Below, piece by piece: positions 38,696 through 51,326 of a stretch of DNA of 64,000 nt. Made by a program: the position numbers and the translations under genes. Source of the DNA: Eledone cirrhosa (lineage: Eukaryota); the NCBI GenBank assembly GCA_964016885.1, contig OZ024743.1:240622001-240686000 (forward strand). Reading direction: 5' to 3'. The notes beneath the pieces are model-generated. The model saw only the letters and a list, made by a program, of their open reading frames with translations, made no database searches and was not told where the DNA came from. Within the stretch, counting starts at the first letter, position 1; each line of letters begins with the position of its first letter.

Positions 38696-39493
38696 TGTCA
38701 TGCATCTGTTATTTTTGACAATGTGACAGGAGCAATATCACTTATCAATAGTCAGTACATGTAGTTGTATCATCTGGTGTTGTCTTTGTAAAGTTGTAAT
38801 ATTGCCTGTGTTGTTCACTGTTGTTCCATGATGAAAAGAGGTGTGTCATGTGTCATGTAGCTTGACCTTTGGGTATTTGTGTTGCCCCACCACCCCACAC
38901 CATTTTTGGGTTTATACAAATATCTGCAAGATCTTTCTCACAACACCTTTGAAATGAAATCTTGTTTGTCGTTGAGGTCAGGTTCCTTCCTTGTGAACAC
39001 TATGTAAGAGACAGTGAGGTGTTGTTATTTTATCCTCCTTGAAGTTAGGCCAGCAAAGTGATATCTACAGATGTGATCAGTTAGAGAAATAAATCCACTC
39101 TTATGAATTTCACCTGGAGTAGCATCATTACCAGCAGCTTAACCCTTCTTTAGTCTCAGGTCAGTGGTCACAACTTTGAATTCTGGTTCAATATCAAAAT
39201 GTAGCAAAAGTCAGCATTTTGGAAGATTTTCAATAGTTCCAACTGAAACATTACTGTCATCAATGTAAAATTCAGGGAAATGTTCAGTCCTATATATATA
39301 TATATATATAATATATATATATTTATATTTATAAATTGGAATGGATGCATTGAAAACCTGTTAGACCATTACTCACCAGAGTACTCAATATTTGGGATAG
39401 TAGAGTATGTTAATATGAAGGAGTCAGGACACTGGTGATTCAGTTCAGAACTAGGTGTTGAAATGACAGGAGCTCAGCCATCAGAGTCCTGGC

Positions 39494-39610
39494 TTCTTGA
39501 TATATATATGAAGGACTAGAGTCCGAAATGTCAAGACATTCTTCCTGCTATTTCAAGCGTTAACCTAATATCTTCCTTTCATATACTGTACTGATTGTGT
39601 TGTTATTTGT
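39494..39610 (+). mobile_element. Penelope pLTR-like repeat with disrupted hammerhead
   Basis: GA-A-GGACTAGAGTCC-GAAA-TG-TC-AAGAC followed by TTCCTGCTATTTCAAGCGTTAA. Same family as 35840-35918 (-), 40103-40160 (+) and 48530-48680 (-). Confidence 0.65.
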
Positions 39611-39623
39611 TTACTTTTTACAT

Positions 39624-39685
<62 letters not shown>

Positions 39686-42300
39686 GTGTGTGTGTGTGCA
39701 TATATAGTTCAAGGAAATGACAAAACAGAGATACAAAAAGTGTTATTAGTTTCACATTTTATATGGTAAAGGGGAAAGAAAGTGTATATCCAAGTGCGTA
39801 TATCCGTGTGGTATGTTGTTGTGGATTTTTGTGTGTAAGTTTGAATGTGTGTATTGTATATGTACTTTGAAGTTTATTTTGTGTGCATGTAAAATATTTG
39901 GCAGTGTTTGAGATGTGTACATTTGTATGTATGATTAGATATTTACGTATGTATGTATGTTGAAGTTTATTTTGTGTACATGTAAAGTATCTAACAGTGA
40001 TTTGTATGTGAGAGTGTATATATGTTTTACCAAGTTTGTGATATAGGATAAAGGAAGTATGTTTAGTCTGTGTGTGTATATATATATATGTATAAAATAT
40101 CTGAAACATTAAGACTCTTTTCCTACTATATCAAGCATTAAATTAATATATATCTTCATTCTACTGCATCATTTTCTATTTGATTTTCACCCCCCACCCC
40201 CCACCCCCCACATATTATATATATATATATATAAACCATAATAATACACTATGTGTGTTTTGTAACACTTTGAAATTTACACATACACACACATCTCCCA
40301 GTTTGTATTACTGTTTGTATGATCCAGCAAACCTGGTACATATACCATACCAATCTTGAACTTTAAACATTAAATATGTCCAAAGCAATTGCCATTGTTA
40401 TTGACACCACTGAACCTTTAGTTTATATATAATCGGCATCATTTTTATGTCAACTTATTCATATGTTGGATGGGATGTTAAGGCAGTTTTCTAAGGCATA
40501 AAGCCAACCTGTACTTGTATTTTTTTTTGTTTTCTGTTAAGTAAGTTACCTGTTCTACTGAACCCTATATGCCAAACCATTAAGCTGCAGGGCATAGTTT
40601 ATATGTGGGACATAAACATATGTCACCAACTGCTCATGCATTTTCCATGTGAAGACATACAAAGATACACATGCAGACACACACACACATGTGCACTTAC
40701 ATGTTTACAGTGTGTGTTGGTCTTCCATCAGTTCTGAAATTAATGTACAAGTGGCTGAGCCCTCCACAGATATGTACTCAGAACATAATTCTCATACAGA
40801 ACCACATATCAAACACAAATAAATGAAAATATATTTATACAAAAATATAAACCATGACTGAATAAACTTTAAGATACATTCAATAACAACTACTCACACA
40901 CACATTTCTTCTTCATTCTGCCATTTGACATATTGAAGTTATGCAGTCAACAGTCTCAATGTTTGGCACAATGATGACTTTTTCTTACATATAACTAATG
41001 CATGAATGTAGTACAGAATAAATTTTGTGGCTACATACATACATCCAAATCTTGTTCCTTCTGTCACTTGACATATTGAATTGATAAAGTCTTATTTTTT
41101 TTGGGAATGCATTGATGTAACAGAGAACAACAAAATTCTATGTCTAATCATGTGGTCATACTCAACCAATCAAATTTTATATTAAACAGATAGGAATTTG
41201 AGCCATGTTCTCTTCTTAAAACAAGAATTTTCAAACTCCAGTCAGACACGAGACCATTACAGAGTAGTTCCACATCTTTCCTTCTCTCATAACCTTTGAA
41301 AATTGTCAAAACTATGAAATATGTAAAATAAGTTATAAATAAATCTTTCTCAAAGCTCTAAGTGAATTGTCACCTTCTTTTCTTTATATCTCTAACCACG
41401 TGGAATAAAAACATTCTTTTCTATACTCACTATATGAAGAATAAAAATGCCACCAAAGTCTTACCAAAATGACAGCACATTGAACCAGAAGGTTCTTAAA
41501 GAACTAAATGAGACAGGCTTTCATGCAGTCTCCATCAACTAAATTTATTTACAAGTCTTGGTCAGCCTGAGGCTGTAATAGTGTGGCCCCAAGTGCCACA
41601 CAGTAGGATCAAATTCAAATGAGTATAATATTGAATATTGAAATGAAAATACTTTTTTCTAAAATGTATTTAATTTAAGTGGAATTTGATTTTTGTGGCT
41701 TTATTAATATTGACAATAAATGCAATATGCTAATTAAAATTTTCTGATTTCAACTCACATCAATGCAAAGAGTAAAAAAATGTGATTTTAGTCAAATATA
41801 GTATGAACTGTGATTAAATAAATGGAAATGATTGATGTTTAATCATTAGTATACTTTTGTCTTCAACTCTTAATATCATGTACTGCTTGTAAATGTAGTA
41901 ATAAAATATACTTGAAAAATACAAAACAAGAATGTACTCTCAACTGTAAGAGTGATAACTGTAATCACTATATAATATATTAACAGCCATGCTCACAGAA
42001 CATAATTTTTATTATAATTGACTACATCACCTAAAATAATATCTTTAGTCTAATACAACGCATTTTCAGTACAATCTGTAAATTAGAAATGATACTATAG
42101 ACATTTGATTTAACAGACCTGTTTTTAGACATTTTCTTCTAAATCATAATATTTAAAATGTATATTTAAAAATTTTTCCTCTCAATTCTGTTACTTATAC
42201 CCACATTCACCTTACACATGCTGTAAGTTGCGACCCATTATAAAAACAAAAATGTTGGCTTTGTATATGGTTTCCTAAAAATTACTTTATTTGTTCTTAC

Positions 42301-42371
42301 CTTTGCTATGGGTCAAAAAAGCTGTAGATTTTACAGTAAACTGAGAAGGAAAAGTGTTGAGCCAAACTTAC
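42301..42371 (-). other. Candidate 71-nt non-coding exon / recursive-splicing exon of an unseen host gene
   Basis: Minus strand: TACTAAT...GTTTCATTTCTTTCAG|GTAAGT...CAAAG|GTAAGA. Stop codons in all three frames. Confidence 0.55.
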
Positions 42372-42569
42372 CTGAAAGAAATGAAACATAATTGATTAGT
42401 ACTTTAGTAACAATCATTTATTTATAAAAGTTACATTTACAAAGACAATATCTTAGACTAGTGGCTCCAAAACCGTTTTGTTTTACTTACTGTGCATTGA
42501 AGAGAAAATAAACATATTTTGGTGCTCTTTCTGAATTAACACATTTGCTGCCAACCTACGTGAAACTAG

Positions 42570-42715
42570 TTTCATTAGTTAATAATATTAACACTTTGAT
42601 TACTAACCTACCTTAATATAACTTCATTAGTTAGTGATAGTAACACTTTTGTTACTAACCTACCCTAATCTAGCTTCATTAGTTAGTGATAGTAACACTT
42701 TTGTTACCAACCTAC
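42570..42715. repeat. ~52-bp tandem repeat, three copies
   Basis: TTCATTAGTTAGTGATAGTAACACTTTTGTTACTAACCTACC units. Confidence 0.85.
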
Positions 42716-42939
42716 TCTCAGGTTTTGAATAATCGTGCCATCACTATTATCATTATAGTTAAGCATAACAACACCTTCCTCATTATCTTCAAAATAAAAT
42801 GACAACAACAACAAATGACAACACCGTAACACCACAGCATCAACAGTAGCAACAATACTGCAACAACGACAGTAAACAAGAGACAATAGCAACAAACACA
42901 TTATCATCATCACCCCATCCTCCTATCCCCATCATCATC

Positions 42940-43700
42940 ACAAGTAAAGAAAATATAGTAAAATAATGGAGCTAAAACCAGTGTGCTGGTTGATATGATA
43001 CCACCAACAGACCGTAACACATCAGTTAAGTTCACTGGAAAACTGTTTAAGGTCTCCAGAATGTAGGACATTATCACACAAGCCAAATCTTGGGTTAATA
43101 AAAAAATGATTGGAACAATATTCCAGAAGACTAGGAAACATCGTTGTACAGGGGTTAAAAAACAATCTTTCTAGGAACAGCATATATTAACCCTTTAGCA
43201 TTTACATTACTTTATATTAACTATTATATTTTGGATTGGCAGTATCAGTAGAGGGTCGGACGCCATGCTTTCCATCATAATTACGTCCCTTTACGATCTG
43301 AGTTCAAATCCTGCCGAGGTTGACTTTGCCTTTCATCCTTACGGGGTCGATAAAATAAAGTACCAGTAATGCACTGGGTAATTGCTGGCCTTGTGCCTAA
43401 AGTAGAAACAATTATATTTTCATGGTAAAGGCTTTACCTCATATACTTATCTCACATAATATCTATGAGATTTTTATATTATTTTTTAGAACAATACCTG
43501 AACATCAGTATGAGTCGCCAGTTACAGCCGGTTTGAACAGAAGGACATGAGAGAGTTCTGGCTGGATATGGCCAGTTTACATTCTGAAGGGTTAAACTAT
43601 GGAAGAGTAACATCATCTACCCAGTATAACCTGAAGACCATGGTTTGAGCCTAGTAATATAAGATGAAATCAAGAGACTCAAAAATAAAAAAAATAATAA
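42940..43700 (+). mobile_element. R4/Dong-like 3' fragment containing a TTAA MITE that contains a SINE
   Basis: CVLVDMIPPTDRNTSVK...FLGTAYI. MITE at 43187-43595. SINE at 43233-43410 with TSD ATTATATTTT. Confidence 0.8.
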
Positions 43701-43704
43701 TGAT

Positions 43705-44165
43705 GATTTCTGATTTAGGCACAAGGCCAGCAATTTGAAGGGAAGGAGAAGTCAATTAAATTGACCTCAGCACATTTTTGGTACTTTATTTTATCGACCC
43801 TGTAAGGATGAAAAGCAAAGCTAACCTCAATGAGATGAAAAAAAAAAAAATAATGGTTTCAGATTTAGGCACAAAGCCAGCAATTTTTGGGGAAGGGAAA
43901 GTTGATTTAATCAACCCAAATGCATTACTGGTATTCTATTTTATCGACCCCATAAGGATGAAAACCAAAGCTAACTTCAGCGGGATTAAAAAAAAATATA
44001 CTATTTTCTAATGCCCCAGTACTTGACTGGTACTATATTTTACCAACCTCAAAAGGATGAAAAGCAAAATTGAACTCACCAGAATTTGAACTCTGAAAAT
44101 AAAGAGTTATACCTAAAACTGCAAAGCATTTTGACTGATGCTCAAACAATTCTGCCATCCACTAC
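43705..44165 (-). mobile_element. Three tandem partial family-A SINEs
   Basis: Repeated GATTTAGGCACAA.GCCAGCAATTT...ATCGACCC..TAAGGATGAAAA. Confidence 0.8.
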
Positions 44166-45624
44166 ATTTAATGATAATAATAATTTTGATTGCTTGGAAT
44201 GTAACATCCTGGCTCTGTTTTTTTGTCAGTCAGAATCTGAATCATTACTTTGTTGCCTAACAGCAATTTGGGGAAGAGGAAATTCTATCATATCTATTAT
44301 ACTGGCCCCAGAACTCGATTAGTACATATCTTAAGGACCACGTAAAGACTTGATTTGTTCAGCGTCAGTCATAAGGATTTATAAACACTGGCATATCAGA
44401 AAAATGATATATGCAATACACAATGTACACTCTTATCGGTTTTGAATGTGAGATGAAGTTATTTAACAGCTTCAAGAAATTTATTATAGCACATGTAAAC
44501 TTCCTGGCTGTTTCCATTTAATATAATGTCTACATAAGTTAAAGCATTGTCTACCTGGTTTTTGTCAATGATACCATCCATAGTACTTTGGAAACAGTTG
44601 ACATTAGGTGAAGACAAACTGAAGTCAACAGAATTTTCAATTTTTTATTAGTATTGAAAGTCGTATGACACTCTATATTCAGGACAGGTGTAAGCTATTT
44701 TCCTGTCTATTGTAGAATATATACTATTGTGTTTTTGCTGGTAAAAGCTTTATCTCACATAATATCGAATCTATAAGATTTTGTTATTATCTATTCTGAG
44801 AGCAATAGCTTAATATCAGTATGACTGGCTAGTTATGGCCAGTTTGAAAAGAAAGCGGTGAGAGAATTCTGGCTGGATACAGCCGGTTTAGATGCCAAAG
44901 GGTTAAACTGTTAGTGATTTCATGAAACCTTGGTGTAAGGTAGGTATACAGATTCATAGTTCAAATATTATCCACTATCAATTGTCTCTTCTTCCAATTT
45001 TAGCCATAAGCACCAGTGAATGTCATTTTGTGGCAATAATGTAGTAATTGGCTTAGTCGCAGGCCTAATGATTTCCAAGAGAGGTTGCATGAAATGCACC
45101 GAGTGCCTATTTGTAGATCTGAAGAAATTTGTTACTATTTCTTTCTAGTATGTCATATGTAGACAGCAATATATAGAGTGCTCCTCCCTTGTTGGTGGTT
45201 TGTGTCTAGATAGATTTATAGGTATGTTACACACTGGAAGTAGAAGAAATAACAGCGTTTTGTCATCAATAACTTGAACTTTATACTGAGATTTATTATG
45301 ACAATAATGAAAGTTTTTGGCAGGACTTTGTATAGACTTTTATCCCTCACCTCCAACCAATGATGAGAACAAAATAATATATATTCCACCACACTTGCAC
45401 TGATCTCCTGGAGGAGGAGGATGGGGAGGAGAAATAGATGACGAGGAGGAAGAGAAGGGGGAAGAAAAACAAAGAAACCAACAAAAACCCAAACCATTTA
45501 TTCTCCTATCCTATTGCTGAACTCAGAAATTGTAATGCTTACTTTGAAGCAGATGTCTATTGCAGATGATGGATCCTTGTACACACACATAACAGTGCTT
45601 AATTATATGGTGACTGCTTGTGAG

Positions 45625-45709
45625 TATATATGTATATATTATATATATATATGTAAATATATATATATATGTATATATATATATATGTATGTATATATAT
45701 ATATATATG

Positions 45710-45790
<81 letters not shown>

Positions 45791-45839
45791 ATGTAAATAT
45801 ATATATATATGTATGTGCATATATATATGTACATATATT

Positions 45840-45873
<34 letters not shown>

Positions 45874-46169
45874 TGCATATACATATATATATGTAATTAT
45901 ATATATATATATATATATATAATTATATATATATATGTACATATATATGTATATACATATATATGTACATATATATGTATATACATATTATATGTATATA
46001 CATATATATGTAGATACATTTATATATATACATTTATATATATATGTATATACATATATATGTACATATATATGTATATACATATTATATGTATATACAT
46101 ATATATGTAGATACATTTATATATATACATTTATATATATACATTTATATATATATATGTACATATATA

Positions 46170-46221
<52 letters not shown>

Positions 46222-46263
46222 TACATATATATATATATATGTACATACATATATATATATATG

Positions 46264-46312
<49 letters not shown>

Positions 46313-46431
46313 GGTGATAGATAGATATACACATATATATATATATATACATACATATATATATATATGTACATATATATTTATAGATATATATATACAT
46401 ATATACATATATATGTACATATATATACATA

Positions 46432-46462
<31 letters not shown>

Positions 46463-46619
46463 GGACATATATTTATCTACATATTTACATATATATGGAC
46501 ATATATATATATATGTGTGTGCATATATATATATACATATATATATTTATATACATATATATATACACACACACATATATATATGTACATGTGTACATGT
46601 ATGTGTGTGTGTGTGTGTG

Positions 46620-46660
<41 letters not shown>

Positions 46661-46908
46661 TCACATATATATGTATATATACATACACACATATATATGT
46701 ATATATACATATACTTATACATATATGTATATGTGTACATATATGTGCATGTATCTGTTTATACATACATACATACATGCACATATATGTACACATATAC
46801 ATATATGTATAAGTATATGTATATATACATATATATGTGTGTATGTATATATACATATATATGTGTTTATACATACATACACACATACATGTACCCATAT
46901 ATAAATAT
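45625..46908. repeat. ~1.3-kb compound (AT)n/(AC)n/(ATAC)n microsatellite
   Basis: Direct reading; the source of many spurious YI-repeat ORFs. Confidence 0.97.
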
Positions 46909-47304
46909 ATCCATTCTTTTTTTGTTCTGCGCATCACAAGTAATTTGTACAATCTCCCGTGACACTAAATATATGTTATTGAACATCCATACGTCAATAT
47001 TGACAGGAAACTCTCCCTGCTACCATAGCTATTGTTAATTTCCTTAGTAAATGATAATTGTATAGCAACTAATTCATTATTAATTGCTCTGTAACTCTGT
47101 CCCTAGATGTTACACTATTGCCAGTTTTAAACACTTATTTAAATATAGGGAAAACATGAAGAGAACAGAACGGAACATAGCATTGCAGAACCTGTGATTC
47201 GTTACAGTGGTTAATTGCTTTTGCTGTGTTTTGTTTTGTTGATTGTGAGGTAATGAGTTCAAACTCTGCTTTGTCTATGTTGTTATTTTACATAAGGCTG
47301 AGGT

Positions 47305-47518
47305 TGGTTGGGCAGCAAAATCGTTAGAATGTTGACCAGATACTTTGAGGTATTTCTGCCAAATCTTTACACTGAGTTCAAATCCCACTTAGGTCAACTT
47401 TGTCTTTCATCCTTCCAGTGTCTATACAATAAAGTACCAGTAAAGTACTGGGTTCAATTTAGTTGACATTTTCTCCCTCCCCCTAAAAATGCTGGCCTTG
47501 TGCCTATATTAGAAACAG
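47305..47518 (+). mobile_element. Nin-domain SINE (family A), older long variant
   Basis: GAGTTCAAATCCCACTTAGGTCAACTTTGTCTTTCATCC...GCTGGCCTTGTGCCTA. A similar copy lies at 52262-52472. Confidence 0.8.
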
Positions 47519-47787
47519 TTAATCTACATAAAGGGTTAATGAAGCACACAAAATAAAAAGCAAAATGCAAAGAAATAAATGAATACGCAGTATTTTATTC
47601 CTATAATCTATGTGAGATGCTGTGACAGTGAAGTGTTAAGATTTAAAATCTGTCTCCTTTGAAGTGTTCCGTTTGATGTAAAGACAGATAAGTGTACAGA
47701 AATGGTTGATTTAGGTGAAGCATTGGATAGTTGTTCTGTATATTTATACTCTGCTATGTATTGAGTACCCCCCGATTGAACCCGGGT

Positions 47788-47824
<37 letters not shown>

Positions 47825-47955
47825 TATATATATAACGTTTTAGATAATGAAGTTTCACTTTGAAATGTTTTTATTGTATATTGAATGTAACATGTTTCAC
47901 AGATGAATGGTTTGAGGTTTTTATCATGGTAAAATACCTGAGTCCAATATTGATT

Positions 47956-47994
<39 letters not shown>

Positions 47995-48040
47995 AAAAGA
48001 AATCGAAAATGCAACTGGAGTTTTTAAGAATATATATTCA

Positions 48041-48084
48041 TTTACTTTACCGGTTTCACAGTTCTTATACTTTTCAAAAGTAAA
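48041..48084 (-). ncRNA. Hammerhead-like motif with U3-A8 core
   Basis: TTTACTT-TTGAAAA-GTATAAGAACTGT-GAAA-CCGG-TA-AAGTAAA. Perfect 7-bp stem I, palindromic stem III, weak stem II. Confidence 0.55.
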
Positions 48085-48529
48085 ATTGAGATGGAGGGTT
48101 TGTATTTCTGTTGTCTCGCAAATGCGAGACAAATCACAACGTTTTTTTCTTTTGTTTTTTTTATATAAACAAAAACTCATTTTCTTATATGTATATATAT
48201 ATATGTATATATATATATGGTGGGTTATGTAAACGTTGTATAGCGTCTACACAAACCGCCATACCTATAAACATGTTGCTTGAGATACACCAATGCATTA
48301 TATATATATATATATATATACAAATCGAAGCTTTGGCTGTGGCCTAGCAAAGTCGACCTACAATTAGGAATGAGTAGCAAAGCACTCAATAAGGGTAGGT
48401 CCTTAGAGTAATAACATACGTTTAAATAGCTTGACAAATTGAAAATTGCGGTAGGCAAAACCCAACCATACAATACCAAAGTAACGAAAGAACTAATCAG
48501 GTTATATATATATATATACGTATGTCAAA

Positions 48530-48680
48530 CGTAAACAAAAATAACAAAGCAAACGACACAGTACACTATAGAAATATATTAGTTTAACGCTTATATACCT
48601 ATTTATTAGTTTAACGCTTGAAATAATAGGAAAAGAGTCTTAACGTTTTGGACTCCTGCCCTTCGTCATAAGACAAAATG
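48530..48680 (-). mobile_element. Penelope pLTR-like repeat with decayed hammerhead
   Basis: GTCTT-ATGACGA-AGGGCAGGAGTCC-AAAA-CG-TT-AAGAC at 48637-48674 (C3 and G12 mutated). Confidence 0.65.
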
Positions 48681-48989
48681 AAAAATAAAGATTCAAAAGC
48701 AGAAGGAACGTGGGAAAAAAAAAGAAAAAAACATACGTCTGTAATAAGTTAGTCATTTTGGAGAGTTGCTGGACATGGGTATCTTAGGCGATAGAGAGGT
48801 CTAGAAAGGGTGATAAACGTTGCACATTTGGCTTGACCTGTGTATGTGTATACGTGTGTGTGTGTGTAGATGCATTCATTTGTTCAGAGGTTTGAAGAAT
48901 GGGCATTGGGCCGTGACAGGCTGGCTGCTCTGCGAATGTGGGTGTATGTATATATATATGAGGGCCTATGCCTCCGTTAATTTATCGTG

Positions 48990-49020
<31 letters not shown>

Positions 49021-49022
<2 letters not shown>

Positions 49023-49263
49023 TTATTATTATGTAATAAACAACATAAGGCAATTATTCCATTTACCAGTGGTTTCTTAAAAGCAAAAGGTTTTGCTTTC
49101 AATCCTCAGAATGAAAAATCCTGGTTTGTTTATTGAAGAATCCATATTCAATAAACAAACCAGGATTTTTCATTCTGAGGATTGAAAGCAAAACCTTTTG
49201 CTTTTAAGAAACCACTGGTAAATGGAATAATTGCCTTATGTTGTTTATTACATAATAATAATA
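49021..49263. repeat. Perfect hairpin with ~117-bp arms and a 9-nt loop
   Basis: 49021-49137 is the reverse complement of 49147-49263. Each arm contains CTGAGGA-TT-GAAA-GCAAAA-CC-TTTTGC-T. Confidence 0.92.
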
Positions 49264-49329
49264 ATTAAGCTCTGTTGCTTACATAGAGCACTCTTTTTTC
49301 CTGGACTTTTCCGATGGAATTACTTCATT

Positions 49330-49369
<40 letters not shown>

Positions 49370-49512
49370 AGGATATATGTGCATAAAGCAATACCTTCCG
49401 GCAGAATTTGTCGCAAAGTTCATCAAAACAAACATGAACATACCTATTTATTGATGAAAAGATAAACTTTGTGCAAACCGAAATCATGACTTACTTAGTC
49501 AGCTAACTCCGA

Positions 49513-50400
49513 TAGGATGGATTGGTAGAATCGGTAGAAAATTGAGGAATTTGATTATGGCCCTTTACGTTCGGAGTTCAACTTTGCCTATTATATTTAT
49601 GAGGTCGATTATATAAAGTAGAGGTCGATATAATCAATTATCCCTTCTCCCAAAATTACGGGTCTTGTTCCTAAATTAGAAGCAATTATCACTATTATTG
49701 TGGATTGGCAGTATCGGTAGAGAGTCGGACACCATGCTTTGAAGCATAGAGTTATGTCCCTTTATGATCTGAGTTCAAATCCCGCCGAGGTTAACTTTGC
49801 CTTTCATCCTTACGGGGTCGATAAAATAAAGTACCAGTAATGTACTGGGTAATTGCTGGCCTTGTGCCAAAAATAGAAACAATTATTATTATTGGTGGAT
49901 TGGCAGTATCAGTTGAAGGTCGGACGCCAGGATTTGTAGCTGAGTTTCGGCCCTTTATGATCTGAGTCAAATTCCGCCGAGGTTAACTTTGCCTTTCATC
50001 ATTACGGGGTCGATAAAATAAAGTACCAGTAACGTATTGGGGTGGATTTAATCGATTTTCCCCTCCCCAAAAATTGCTGGCCTTGTGCCTATATACGAAA
50101 CCATTATTATTATCCCGTCGATGTTAACTTTGCCTTTCATCCTTACGGGGTCGATAAAATGAAGTACTAGTAATGCGCTGGGGTAATAGCTGGCCTTGTG
50201 CCAAAAGTAGAAATAATAATTATCATTATTATATCAGTAGAACGTCAAACAACATGAGTTCAAATCCTGTCGAGGTTAGCTTTGCCTTTCATCCTTACGG
50301 GATCGATAAAATAATGTACCAGTAATGTACTGGGTCGATTTAATCGGCTTTTCCCTCCCTAAATGCTGGCCTTGTGCGTAAATCAGAAACAATTATTATT
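49513..50400 (+). mobile_element. Head-to-tail array of about 5 family-A SINEs separated by (ATT)n
   Basis: Repeated TGGATTGGCAGTATC...GCCTTTCATCCTTACGGGGTCGATAAAAT...GGCCTTGTGC...GAAAC(ATT)n. Confidence 0.9.
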
Positions 50401-50953
50401 ATTGTTGGTGTTCTTTATTGAATATACAAGGAGATTCTGAGAAATGAGACAGATAGGACAGACTGATGGCTATAAATATCTTAAGACATGTAAATGATTA
50501 AAAGGCTCACATTTTGCAGGTATTCCGCAATAATAAACTGGTGATGGCGGTGGAGATGGTGGTGTTAGTTTTGTTGGTCGTTTATATGGTGGTGGCGCCG
50601 GTGTTGTTGTTGTTGTTGTGAACACAGTATGGCTGAATAGGTAAGAGGTTCACTTTGCAATGATTAGGTCTAGGGTTCAACCTCACTGTGTCACATTTTG
50701 GGTATGTATCATTTATCATGGCTTCATGTCAACCCATGCCTTGTGAATGAAATTGAATAAACGAAAACTGTAGTTCAATGCCACATTCAACATGTCAGGC
50801 TGAATTTCTCTGAGAATACTCAAACAGTTACAGTGTAGTACAAGAGAGGCTGTTACTATTCAAAGAAGAAGAAGAAGTGGGAAAGAGGTGACCATGGATT
50901 TGCACCTAGAAACTTCCAGTCTTCCCTCTCCACGCCAACAATGTTGTCTAAGG

Positions 50954-51107
50954 CAGACAAGAGAAACATGCGGCCGCATGCGGCCCTTTATAAGCACATC
51001 TACGTAAAATTAGTTGTAATGTGCGTAATTAGTTATCATGTGTGGTCCTCAGACAACACATATGTGACCCATGTGGCCCCGGGGGAACTCTCAGTTTGAC
51101 ATGCCTG
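50954..51107. mobile_element. hAT (Charlie/Buster-type) MITE, 154 bp
   Basis: Perfect 8-bp TSD GTCTAAGG (50946-50953 and 51108-51115). Termini CAG...GTTTGACATGCCTG, subterminal TGCGGCC motifs. Inserted in a family-B SINE. Confidence 0.85.
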
Positions 51108-51284
51108 GTCTAAGGGAAAGACAAAGGCCGATACAGCTTCATACCAGCAACTTATTTCTACAGCTTAGTTAACAGGAGCAATATGAAATAAAGTGTTTTG
51201 CTCAAGAACACAATGCACTGCCCGGTCTAGGATTCGAACTCACAACCTAACGATTGTGAACTTAACGGTCTAACCACATGCGCC

Positions 51285-51326
<42 letters not shown>

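Noticed and set aside
38700-39480. Possible LINE RT fragment on the minus strand (KAAGNDATPGE)
   Set aside because: Only one weak motif is recognisable, which is not enough to call.
45514-47038. Many overlapping YI/HT/CV-repeat ORFs (also at 30-31, 38, 51, 57-59 and 61 kb)
   Set aside because: These are translations of dinucleotide microsatellites.
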